DNA from: the human T2T-CHM13v2.0 reference genome, Homo sapiens | Assembly: GCF_009914755.1 (NCBI RefSeq) | Contig: NC_060932.1 | DNA: 64,000 bases | Reading direction: 5' to 3' (one strand) | Shown: positions 25,945-37,642 of the stretch, in pieces | Layout: every line of letters begins with the position of its first letter | Numbering within the stretch: the first letter of the stretch is position 1 | Made by a program: the position numbers and the translations under genes | Notes under the pieces: model-generated | Databases searched by the model: none | What the model was told of the DNA's origin: nothing | What the model saw: only the letters and a program-made list of their open reading frames with translations

Positions 25945-27879
25945 TGTAAATATTAATAAAATATATATGGCATTAACAATTTTCAAAAACTAAGATCTAC
26001 TGCCTTAATGGATTATAAAAACCTTTAAGGCAATTTTCATGGATTGTCCTCAGTTGAGCCCTGCAAAGACTAGCTCATGTTTTGGTATTTAGTAGGCTTG
26101 AAATAAAGATTTATTATAAAAAAGCGATTACCTTAATGTTGAATGGATGAATGAAGTGATGCCATTATAATACAGATGAGAAAAATATCTATTTGTTTTC
26201 TCAGATGAGAACCAAAATCTAGGATTTCTGAGTTTCTTAGGGCTAAATCTTCAGGAACTCGGCTTCTCAATTATTTTATTTTTTTCCTTTTGATGTCAAG
26301 ATAATTTGAGAATTGTGGTTGATTGGGCATAAAAGGAAATATCAAAGAGAAGGATAATTCAAACAAAAAAGATATAGAGATTGATTTCTGTTAATTCATA
26401 CAGATTTTCAAAAATATGGTTAAGAATTTACAGATCGTGAAGAGAAAATAATGTATGTGCTTTCTCTTGATGCATAATAGATAGACTATGAAGAAATTCA
26501 TCTTGATGGATCCCAGAGGACTGTTACTATGATAAAATATCCTAAAGCTGTGTTGACAGAAAAATAGGAATGGTGTGCTATTATCTGAGCTTTAACAAAA
26601 ATTCATCAACTATGTCAAGAGCTTCCTATCAAGGTGGAGATAAAATAGTTATATTTTATAGACATATATAAATCACAATAAAAGGTTATACGTAAGTTGA
26701 CTTTACTTTTATATCATGCTATTTCAGAAGTCTAATTCTCATGTTTCTGTTATTTGTCAATTACAGTATTTTGCATACATCTTTTTGTTATTAAAATATG
26801 ATTATGAATTAACTCTCCGGTTTCTCTTAAATTGTACATTTAGAGAAAACAGGAAACCTCTGAAGGTTTCCTTATGCTATTTTCATGAGAAAGACCATCA
26901 ATCCTGTAACCTTGCAAAATACACCCCCTTTTGTGCATTTCTGTTAAGTGCTCAGTCTCAAAAATATGTAGGAGAAAGAGTAAATTAACTTCAATGCAGA
27001 AAGTAAATATTCAGAAATATCTCAAAGCATTTCAAATAATTCATAGACCATTTCTAAAAGCACCATGCTCTAGGCTGGATGTAAAATTACCTGCTATTAA
27101 TATTGAATCTCTGATGCAGTGGATTTCATTCTTTCCGACTAAGTTAATGCCTATGTGGTGAAAGAATAATGCTCTTTCACATTTCTAACCCTTTCAAATG
27201 GATTGAAGATATGCATGACATTAAGCAAATACAAACCCCTGAGTCATTTTATAAGAAAAAAATGTAATACACCATAGATATACAAGTTTGTTTTGTTACA
27301 TTAATCCTATGGAAAACAATTTGTCTGAGAACACAGAGTTCACTAGCACACAATGATTTTATTTTTCTTTAGGGGTTCCAGTCAATGCTTAAGAAGAAGC
27401 AATTTACTAAGTTGTACCTTAGGGCATTGTAATTCACCACACATGAGTGAACATTTTACTTTAGGAAGGTAGTTACTCACAGCAAGATCAAATCTATCCA
27501 GTTCTATTTTGCACTGACAACAGTACCTTGTATAAGAATGGCAATTATTGTGTAAAGTCTACCTTTCTTTTGTAGCAATTCTTGAGTTCCTTAAAATTTT
27601 AGATTGCTTTTTAGCACCTTCCTAATTGATTTTCTCTGTGTAATAGTAGCACGGTAACAATGTGACATAAAGTAAAAAAAGAATTACTAAGGGATTTTTG
27701 TGTATATGTGTGTGATTTCTACCTCTTCAGTAGAGCTTTCTTTTGATTCCACAAGACTACACTGATCTTCTTTTCATACTGTGTCTGAAGGCACAAATAG
27801 TGTCTATCATTCACAGTACATTATATCAAATACAGGTATATATTATTTTGTTATTTAAAGAGAGACCTTTGTATATGCT

Positions 27880-28015
27880 ATATCACTTAATCTTTTCAAG
27901 AACATTAAAAGGTAAGTAGTGGTCCCTTTCTCACATAAGGAAATTGAGCTTAGTAAAGATGAACATTCCCAAGATCACATTGTTTGTAAATGGCAAAGTT
28001 TGGGTTAAAAACTTT
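27880..28015 (-). mobile_element. MIR fragment
   Basis: cacataaggaaattgagcttag...cccaagatcaca...gtaaatggcaaag core. Confidence 0.65.
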
Positions 28016-28729
28016 TCTGTCCATCTGAGATGAAATTCTTATGTCCATTTATCAAGTTAATTAAAACCGAACTAATGTGTCCTAATGCACTTGATTTGAA
28101 CCATACTAGGCATTCAAAAAAATTAATAGAAAGGAATCCAACTCAATCGTGGTCTTTTTTGTAGCTCTAGGGCCACTCAAGTACATTGTCATAAAAGAAA
28201 CATCAATTTTATAACTGTGAGGCTGACAGAAATTCAAATAATAGTTGAATTTGGTAAGTATTCCTAATATACACCTCTAAATACACAATTCCCAGTTTCT
28301 GGATCCATCAATGATCAAGATCCACATGGTGATCTCTCAAAGATGAAGAGCTTGGAAAGTGATAAAAATTCCTGTCAAATATTCTAGTTGCCTGTAACTG
28401 AAGATTTTTGTCTTCCTCCCATAGAATTGTTGTGTACTTATGTTCTGATATGGCTTTGTAACTATAAATTAGTAGATACCATTTCATTATTGACGGCACC
28501 ATGCTTTAAAGCCTCTCTACAAGTGGAAGAATGAGGTAAGTCATGTTTAATACTACTAACACTGCCTGATCTTTTGAAAACTGATTATTACCTGGGGAAT
28601 ATAAGGGATGCATTAGTAGTAATTTCCTTTCCCACTTTTTTTTCTTTTTTGCCCCATTTTTAAATTTCATATGATGAATCCTGTTTCATTTGATAAATGG
28701 CTCCCAAATCCAATCCCATTAGCTTGGCA

Positions 28730-28990
28730 TACCCTTTATAATCTGCCTCATGATTAGTTCTCCAGCAACACAATTTGGCAATTTCCTCTCACACCTGTGC
28801 TCCAGGCACATTGAACAACTTGCTGTACTTTGGCGTTACTGTGTTTTGTCATGCCTCAGTACCTTCACGAGTTCTACCCAGTGAGTACTTCCACTCATTT
28901 CCCTGCATAGCTAATCCTTTTCATCTCTCAAAACCCAGTTCAAATATCGACTAGAAATATTTCCCACTTGACCCTAGCTGGATAAGGTAA
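28730..28990 (+). mobile_element. L2 fragment
   Basis: tgctccaggcacattgaac...catgcctcagtaccttcac...ctaatccttttcatctctcaaaacccagttcaaatatc. Confidence 0.55.
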
Positions 28991-29757
28991 CTACGTATAG
29001 ATACAAATATGGAATTGGATACGAATTTGGGTACAGTTATATATACAGATATAGACATATATTAGAATTGTTTTATACGGTACTTTGTAAAATGTAGTTA
29101 GTCCAAATAAGATTTTAATATTCTAATGATAAGAACCATGTGTGTGCAAGTACTTGTTCTGAACAACATTGTTGAATGTTGTCAGGTAGGAAAAGATGCT
29201 TGGAGACTTAAATAATTATACATTTTGACATAAGACACTGTCCATTACCTTGAATCAAAGATGAATATAAAATATATGACTTCAATTTATCTTTTCACTG
29301 GCAGGGTAAGATGCAATTTGTCTTTATCAACCTGATTACTTCTAATACAGCCACCAGAGACTAGTCAGTTTTATTTAAATTATTCTGAAGATATAGACAC
29401 CTAGAAGACTTTGAAGTCTTTTTGTTTTTCCAAAGGACATTGGATCAGATTTTATTTTTCTAATTAGAAATGCATTTTATGCCACTGAATCTTTTAAATC
29501 ATATTATTTATGATTTCTAAAATCAGAGAATCAATGTTTCTTCTGCAGTTTACATAGACCTTCTTTGATAGAATATATTTTAAAAGTAATGCTGTTTTGT
29601 ACTATTAGGAGCAAGGGGCTTTTCAAGGTAATAAGGTGCTTGACATATAAATGCCAATATAAAGAAAGTCCTGCAGAAGATCATGTTAATTCTATATCAT
29701 TTTATTGTTTAAAAAGCATTCAAATCAACCCATTAATTTGTGAGTTTTCCATATGGT

Positions 29758-30024
29758 TTAAATATCAAAATATGCTTACAAATGAAACTCTAACTTTTCT
29801 TAAACTTTCTGTTTTTCTGTATTGGCTTTTTAGCCATAGAATTATATCCTCTTTTTTGGATCATTCTACAAATATTGTGATATGCTTTGGCTGTGCCCCA
29901 CTCAAACCTCATCTTCAATTGTAGTTCCCATAATCCCCATGTGTGGTGGGAGGAACCCAGTGGGAGGTAACTGAATCATGGGGACTGTTTCCCCCAGGCT
30001 AGTCTCATGAAAGTAAGTCATGAG
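29758..30024 (+). repeat. Donor of ~266-bp duplication (unique flank plus THE1 5' part); copy at 30556-30821
   Basis: ttaaatatcaaaatatgctta...gaaagtaagtcatgag present twice, roughly 90% identical by eye. Confidence 0.92.
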
Positions 30025-30251
30025 ATATGATGGTTTTATAAGGCGCTTTCCCTTTCACTCGGCTTTCATTCTTCTCTCTCCTGCTGCTGTGTGAAGAAAG
30101 ACAGACATGTTTGCTTCCCTTTCCTCCAGGATTGTAAGTTTCCTGAGGCCTCCCAAGCCATGCAGAACTGCGAATCAATTAAACCTTTTTTCCTTATAAA
30201 TTACCCAATCTTGGGCAGTTCTTTATAGCAGCGTGAGAATGGACTAATACA
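29878..30251 (+). mobile_element. THE1 (C/D-like) MaLR solo LTR
   Basis: tgatatgctttggctgtgcccc...gtgagaatggactaataca; degenerate 5-bp TSD tattg/tagtg. Confidence 0.92.
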
Positions 30252-30271
30252 TAGTGCCATTTAGGCTATCT

Positions 30272-30275
<4 letters not shown>

Positions 30276-30331
<56 letters not shown>
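30276..30331. repeat. (TG)n microsatellite
   Basis: Seen directly. Confidence 0.98.
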
Positions 30332-30555
30332 GAACAAATTAACTAAAATTGTAGTGGTTTAAAAAAACTATAACATTATAATATCTTAAGATTTTGTTTT
30401 GTGAGAATTTGGGCAGTGCTCATTTTGTGCTTTTTCTGCTCCATAGGGCCATTTACAGATTGAGTATCCCTTACCTGAAATTTTTGAGACCAGAATGTTT
30501 CAGATTTCAGTTTTTTTCAGATTTTGGAATATATTCATATGCATAATGACATACC

Positions 30556-30821
30556 TTAAATATCAAAATATGCTTAAAAATGAAACCCTATCTTTTCTTT
30601 AAACTTTTATTTTCTTTATTGGCTTTTTAACCATAGAATTATATCCTCTTTTTTGGACCATTCTATAAATACTGTGATATGGTTTGGCTGTGCCCCATCC
30701 AAATCTCATCTTCAACTGTAGTTCCCATAATCCCCACGTTTGGTGGGAGGAACCTAGTGGGAGGTAACTGAATCATGGGGGCTGTTTCCCCCATGCTAGT
30801 CTCGTGAAAGTAAGTCATGAG
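30556..30821 (+). repeat. Inserted copy of 29758-30024 inside Tigger4
   Basis: Interrupts Tigger4 between ataatgacatacc and caggatcagagtctaaaaac. Confidence 0.9.
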
Positions 30822-31499
30822 CAGGATCAGAGTCTAAAAACAAAATGTATTTATGTTCCATACATATCTTATACACATAGCCTGAAAGAAATCATGTATC
30901 ATATTTCTAATAATTTTGTGCATAAGACAAAGTTAATATATATTGAACCATTGGAAGCAAAGTTGTCACTATCTCAGTCACCCCTGTGAACAATCTATGG
31001 TTATTTGGCATCACTATTATTCCTGACTTTGAGTTTATATGCTACCAATGAGCAATCATTTTTTATACTTATTCACCCATAAGTGCTTAACTGTAAAAGA
31101 AATATGACAAACTCTTAATAGAAAAGATAATGCATTCAGGGTAACTATGCAGCACAGTAGTATCACCAGAATACCTGTATCAGCTATTAAACAACAGCAA
31201 TAAAAAGCAAGGGCAGGCTTTCAGTCTCTATGATGCTGCGTTTTGATTAAAATGTTACCTATACTGTATTTTATTTTTGAGATGAGGAGAAACATCAGAA
31301 GCAGTGAGAAACCAGGAAGTGGGTTCTCCAGGGATAAGGAGGCATTTTGCTGGATAGTTTTAAAAAATGTTTCCTCAACTCATCTGCTTCATTAACAATG
31401 GTTTTTGTCTTTGACATTTCTCTTTGATTATATAAACTGATATAATATGATTACTTGTTTTGTTATGAATGCATGCTGCTGCAGTCCTTCAATAAGCCC

Positions 31500-33019
31500 A
31501 TCACATATTTTTACCTCGCCATCTTTAGGCATTTTTTCTGCCTTGTTAACGTCATCATCATCATTGCTATTATCACAATTGCCTTAATTTGGAAGCATTT
31601 TGGCTCTTCCACCACGGGTCAATGAATGAAAAACTGGACCTTCATTATCAATGTTAAAAATTTCTTTAACATCCACTTCCAGCTTCCTAATGGACTCTGA
31701 GGTATATTTGTTGTATATGTAAGAAAGCTAGATTTTTTTTTGTCACTTGATGTACAGAATTCTTCAAAGTCACCACCTTATTCATCATCATCACTCAACA
31801 TAGTTGCAGAGGAGAGCAGGCCAGAGGTTGTATCATTCATGCACAACTGTGTCTTTAGTCACTGTGTTTCAACCATTGGCAATGGCATAAACAGCATATT
31901 CATGCAAAACTCCTTTTGAAAATCTTCCACACCCATGACTCTGTTAGCTTCTGCTACCATGTTATTCAAGAAAGTGTATTCATGTTTACTATTCATTGAT
32001 ATCAAGATAACTTGGTCACATGGCTGAATTAATGAAGTCACATTTGGGAAAAAGTACATGGCATACTCATTATTTTTTATGAGAATTTCAGCAAGATGAT
32101 GAAAAGAACAGTTGTCAAAAAAATAACAAAATCTTGCAGCATGCAATCCAACTTCCCTGCAGTGAGCACACGTTGTTGGTACAAAATATTTGTGAATCCA
32201 ATTAGAAAGATATCCCTGGTAATCTATGCCTTTTTGTTAGCAAAATAATGCACTGGTAGGACATTCACTCCTTACAGACAGCAAGGATATACACTTTCAC
32301 TTATGACAGCAAGTTTACACTTATTTATTTCTGCTGTATTAGCACACCCCAGCACAGCTATTCTCTCCTTGGCATCTTTAATCCCTGTAGTGATTGTTTT
32401 GCCAATTACAGTCAGTGTCTCTCTGAGACAATAATGCCAAAACAGTGATGTTTCAGCACCATTATAGACTTGTACTTGTGTCAGATTTTCATTAACCATG
32501 ACCTTGGCAAACTTGTCAATAAATTTCTCTGCTGCTTCACAATCAGCAGATTCTGTATCATCATAAATCCTTTATACATTTAATGTCCTGTCTTTTATTA
32601 AATTCTGCACCTAGCCTGTTGAATTTTCAGTTTTATTCAATTTTCAGTTTATCATAATAGATCCTTGCTTGTTTCATTATCAACATAACATTAAGTGACA
32701 TCTAATGGATGTGACACTGATGGATCCATTCTTTCAATACACAGTCAAGATCTTCATTTTTAGCTTTATGCAGAGTTTTTCTATATTTTATTAACTTCTG
32801 TTTATCACTTTCACAATAGAACTTCAACAGTTTACCCTTCTGTTTCTTCAGGTCATGCATTGTGGTCATTCCAACACCACTTCTTCTGTAAGTGTTTTCA
32901 CACTTACACCAGTGTCCAGTTTTGCCAACAACTTGACTTGCTGTGCTATCTATAAACAGAAACACTTCCTTTTTCTTATCACTGTTACCCATAGAAGTAT
33001 TTGCAGGCCTTTTTGACAT
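31500..33019 (-). pseudogene. Degenerate Tigger4 transposase (CENP-B HTH + DDE_1, Jerky-like)
   Basis: Fragments MSKRPANTSMGNSDKKK, GVGMTTMHDLKKQK..LHKAKNEDLDCVLKEWI, QVYNGAETSLFW..KERIAVLGCAN, DNCSFH..FFPNVTSLIQPCDQ; broken by frameshifts and stops. Confidence 0.85.
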
Positions 33020-33747
33020 TTTCAACAATATTTTAGATCACAGAGCAGAGCATAAGAAAAAAATCAAAACAAAACAAACAAAAACAATAATATATATAGG
33101 CCTTGGCCCCATGCAGGGCATTATGGGGAACTGGCCATTGGTGTGTCTGGCATGAGCAGGTGCCATTTTATTACCCTTTTTTGTGGGTGTGCTTGAGAGG
33201 GAGATTCTGGGTGGGCATGAAAAATATATATTAAAGCTGAAGGGGGCTAGGAGGGTCTTCTTTTCCTTGAGGACACTGAATAGACTGTGTATTGTACATG
33301 TGCTTTTTGACTGCAACACATTACGTGAGGTAGGCATGAAATCTTCCACTTCTGGTGTCATGTTGACTTCAACAATTTTTGGACTTCGAAGCATTTCTGA
33401 TTTTCTCTTTTTGGATTAGTGATGTTCAAACTGTATTTATATCATTTGATAGTTTTCAGCTGGCCAAATGCTGTTGTAGAAGTTTCAAAATTGTTTTACT
33501 CACATACTTGTAATTTTAGTAGCATGGTAGAAGGCTAATGTCAGATGAGACTGTGGAATAAGCATCTACATGGGACCTCTCCAGCAGCAACTTCAGGGTA
33601 GTTAGAGTCCTTACATGTTATCTGGTTTCTCCCTGGAATGAGTATTGCACTAGGCCTGAGCAGTCAGGCTTCTTATGACCTAGGTTTGGAAGTCTCAGAA
33701 TGTTATCTACACTGCATTCTATTTGTCAGCCAATTACTATATACTGT

Positions 33748-33940
33748 TCTTCAGTATTTCTGAAGAACAAAGAGAAGGTTGGGGATTTTCAAAAAAAAAA
33801 AAAATAGGAATGTTACCACAGGTCTTGAAAGAAAGTTTATTGGTGTTAGTGAAGGTTTTAGGAGCTGACAACCTCCAGTTGGTGGGTGACGGTGGTGGGC
33901 AAAACTAACCCTAGAACTGCATGCAGCATCTCATCTCAGC
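33748..33940 (+). repeat. Inserted copy of MER31 segment 36717-36902, flanked by a 14-bp direct repeat
   Basis: 5 substitutions plus an A-tract indel versus donor; tcagccaattacta at 33726-33739 and 33936-33949. Confidence 0.95.
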
Positions 33941-34080
33941 CAATTACTAAGGAGAGAGGAATTAGACTCAACCTCTCAGTGAAGAGATAGAAAGTAATCT
34001 GTGGCCATCTTAAATTTAACACATTCCTCTCTTCAACCACACATTATACGTTACCGCCACATTCAAAATACATGACTTTA

Positions 34081-34202
34081 GTTGGGCGTGGTCATGCATG
34101 CCTGTGATCCCAGTTACTCAGGAAGCTGAGATGGGAGGATCACTTGAGACCAGGCATTCAAAGCCAGCCTGGGCAACATAGCAAGACCCCATCTCAAAAA
34201 AA
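34081..34202 (+). mobile_element. FLAM_A-like free Alu monomer
   Basis: gggcgtggt...cccagttactcaggaagctgag...ggatcacttgag...gcctgggcaacatagcaagaccccatctc-A. Confidence 0.85.
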
Positions 34203-36613
34203 TCGTATATGAACTTTTTTGCTTATAAAATAAATAAATTAGCTATATTTTTTAAAATACACAATTTCTCTCCCAGGAGCCCCTAGATTTTATTCTATTA
34301 TGTCATCATCTAGATAAGCTGCAGGTACAGTTGATGACCCTAGAATTCAGTGCTACTTGTAGTGTCCTTTAAAATATGAAGACATCTTAACCAAACAGTT
34401 GAGTTTTATGTTCTCCATAAACCCAATATTCAATGGTGCTGCAGAGAATGCACTACAAAAAACTGTTCATTTCCAAAAGGCAGTTTGAGTACAGATCAGT
34501 AGAAGGCATGTAGTGGTCGCTGGTTCATAGCGATTATTAAATCTAGTCAGACACAGTAACTAGTTCCTTGAAAGAATTCATTTTTTTCTCCCTAAAGATA
34601 ATTGTCCATGGCACTTGGCTCCACATTCTAGGATACTGATTATTTCTGCTAAATCACTCTACATTTTCCATATGAAAAAGCTTATATTTGTAGCTAAGCA
34701 ACATTTTTTATCTTACTTCCATAAAAAAAATGGGTGTCCCAAGCTTTTTACATTGTGTACTATCTCTTTTTTTTTTTTATAAAGTCTGGCAGTACTTTTG
34801 CTGATACAATCCCTAAAAACTCTATGAGCATGCTATGAACCTTAGTGAGATTTACTCCATTAAGCTGAATCCAAATATTAGATCTATGTCAGCCTTTATA
34901 TGTGTATGTGGTTTCTATGGAGCTATACCTTTACGATTCTTAAAAGCTGTGTTCTTTCCCAAGGTATAACTACAAGCAATACCTTCAAGACCTTTAGTAT
35001 CCTTTTTGACTTTCTGAAAGAGATCATGAGACACTAACAAGCTATTTCTAATGTCATATAACAGAATTTATAACCTAGCTTTGAGTTTCACCTTTATCCT
35101 AAAATCATTTTTTCTTTATATTTTCTATACAGTTCTCTTCAGTTATGCTTTTAAAAAGTTTATAATTTAATCCATCTTTTACAACTCAAGCTTTATCATA
35201 CACAACTAGCAAAAGCCAGTTGGTGCTTTGTATATTCTTCCTGGAAATAGCCCCGCTCAGATTAAAAAGTTCATTAGGAATGTTTTGTATGTTCCAAATT
35301 GCCTCAAGTGAAAGTGTTGCCAAAATGCCTCCTTCCTCCCCTCCAAAACCATTTTCTCATTGTTTGCCAAGCCCTCACCAAGAGTTTCAGAGTTCTTCAA
35401 TATTTCACTAACAGTCTCCTCAAGGCACCCTCTATCTTTTCCCAAAGCTAATGCCATATACTATAGTTTTTATTATGGCAACACACCACAACTTTCAATT
35501 ATCAAATTAATTTTTAGATATCAGTCACTGCATAACAAATTATGCAGCCTAAAATGTAGCATTTTTAAAATGGTTTTATTATACTTGACAATTGTGTGGA
35601 TAAGGAATTTGGGCAGATTTCAGATGCACAATTCTGTTGCTCCAAATGGTGTCAATTGAGTTGAATTGGTGGTATTCCACAGGCAAATGGACTGGTATAT
35701 CAAGCACCCGGTGGGAAGGATTGGAAGTCTAAGTTCAGCTGAATATGACCATCAGGGAATATACATGTAGCTTGTCTTGCATCACAGTCTCAGATTATTC
35801 GGACTTCTCATATGCAAACTAGTTTTTACTAGAGTGAGTATTTGAAGAGGCCCAGGCAGAAGTGGCAAAAGTTCTTTGTCGTTAGCATTTTCAGTGTAAA
35901 ACATCAGTTATGCTGCTTTCTATTGAGAAAAAAGTCATTAAAATCAACCCGCATTCAAGGGAAGGGGAAGTAGGTTCCACCTCTCGAGGGCTGGGATAGC
36001 AGTTAAGTTGTTGCCATTTTTGAAATACGGTGATTTATAATTACTGTTTACTATCTTCTTAAAAATTATTCTTTCCTAGTCCCTCAAAATTTAGCACTTA
36101 AAATACTCTGTTTATATACTGTTGATTTTATACAGAGCTATCCAGGCTAAGCTTAGTAAGTCATAGTTTTAACCATTTCACCAATCTTTAATCGCTTTGT
36201 TTCTTACATTAAAATTAGACCTAGATTGAAAGTCATCTATTATCTGACCCCAAATAATCTTTAAAGCCCTATTTTTCTTTACTTTTACTCTCTATTGTGA
36301 GCAAACTAAATATGCTATACTCATATATCCTACCTTTATCTCATCTACACTGTTTCCTCTTTCTCCAATCTTTCCCTTTATCTCTCCCTGGCTTAGAACA
36401 CAATATTTATCCAACGTCTCTATCTAGAGATGTTCCTCATATTATTTGATATCTATTACTCTTATTTAACACTTGTTAAACACTTAATAGCTTTTTTATG
36501 TACTGATCCTTTATCTTGCTTACCAAATTGAAAATAAGGAAAAGTTGTGCTCTTTATTACTGCATATACATAACTCTAGGAACTTCATTGTTAATCATAG
36601 CTCAAATTATTTT

Positions 36614-37076
36614 TGTAACACACAAATTAATTCCTAAATGTAGGTGTATCTTTTCATTTAACATTTTATTTGAAAAGAAAGAATTGCAATTCATGGCATA
36701 CATACAGAGTGGGTGCTCTTCAGTATTTCTGAAGAACAAAGAGAAGGTTGGGGATTTAAAAAAAAATAGGAATGTTACCAGAGGTCTTGAAAGAAAGTTT
36801 ATTGGTGTTAGTGAAGGTTTTGGGAGCTGACAACCTCCAGCTGGTGGGTGACGGTGGTGGGCAAAACTAACCCTAGCACTGCATTCAGCATCTCATCTCA
36901 GCAGCCATGGATAAAACTGGTTTCAGGTTACAACAAGCAGTTTCAGTAGCCAGGCTCACAGAAAACTTTGTTCTTGGAGCAATGTCATGTTCCCTGTGTG
37001 CTTTTCTGCCTGGCTTCTTGACTCTGTTTTAGTTGGGTATGACAAAATCACCCAATTCAAATGATCAGCTTTAACA
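36614..37076 (-). mobile_element. MER31 (ERV1) solo LTR
   Basis: Reverse of TGT.AAAG.TGATCAT...TTGTCATACCCAACTAAAACAGAGTCAAGAAGCCAGG...CCAACCTTCTCTTTGTTCTTC...GAATTGCAATTC. Confidence 0.8.
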
Positions 37077-37325
37077 ACTGCATATTCATACAATGTTTTA
37101 GATGAATAACGGTCTAAATGGCAAATGCTAAACAAAATTAATGTGATCTATTTTTTTCTGCAGCAATTTTCTGGGTATAATAAACAGATAAAGTGAATCT
37201 TCTTTCTCAGACACTGTATATACAGTTTATATTTTGAAATACCAGAACTGCAATTATTTCATTTTAGCACCCTGATACATGTTGGTGAGGTACTTATTGA
37301 ATCTCAGTAATAATGTTAATTACTG

Positions 37326-37642
<317 letters not shown>

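Larger units (their letters stand above)
30456..33433 (-). mobile_element. Full-length Tigger4 (Zombi) pogo-type DNA transposon
   Basis: TA|cagattgagtatccctta... and ...ggattagtgatgttcaaactg|TA terminal inverted repeats with TA TSD; internal transposase remnants on the minus strand. Confidence 0.88.
30257..36030 (-). mobile_element. Complete MLT1 (F-H-like) MaLR, LTR-int-LTR, interrupted by Tigger4, a templated insert and a FLAM
   Basis: LTR pieces 30257-30455 and 33436-34023; MLT1-int-like 34024-35505 (ccaaagctaatgccata...ttattatggcaaca); second LTR ~35510-36030 (ctgcataacaaa...ggaatttgggcag...attcaagggaagggga...ttccacctctc). Confidence 0.65.

Noticed and set aside
31859-33028. JRK/TIGD-like domesticated host gene
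   Set aside because: Lies between Tigger TIRs with a TA TSD and is broken by stops and frameshifts
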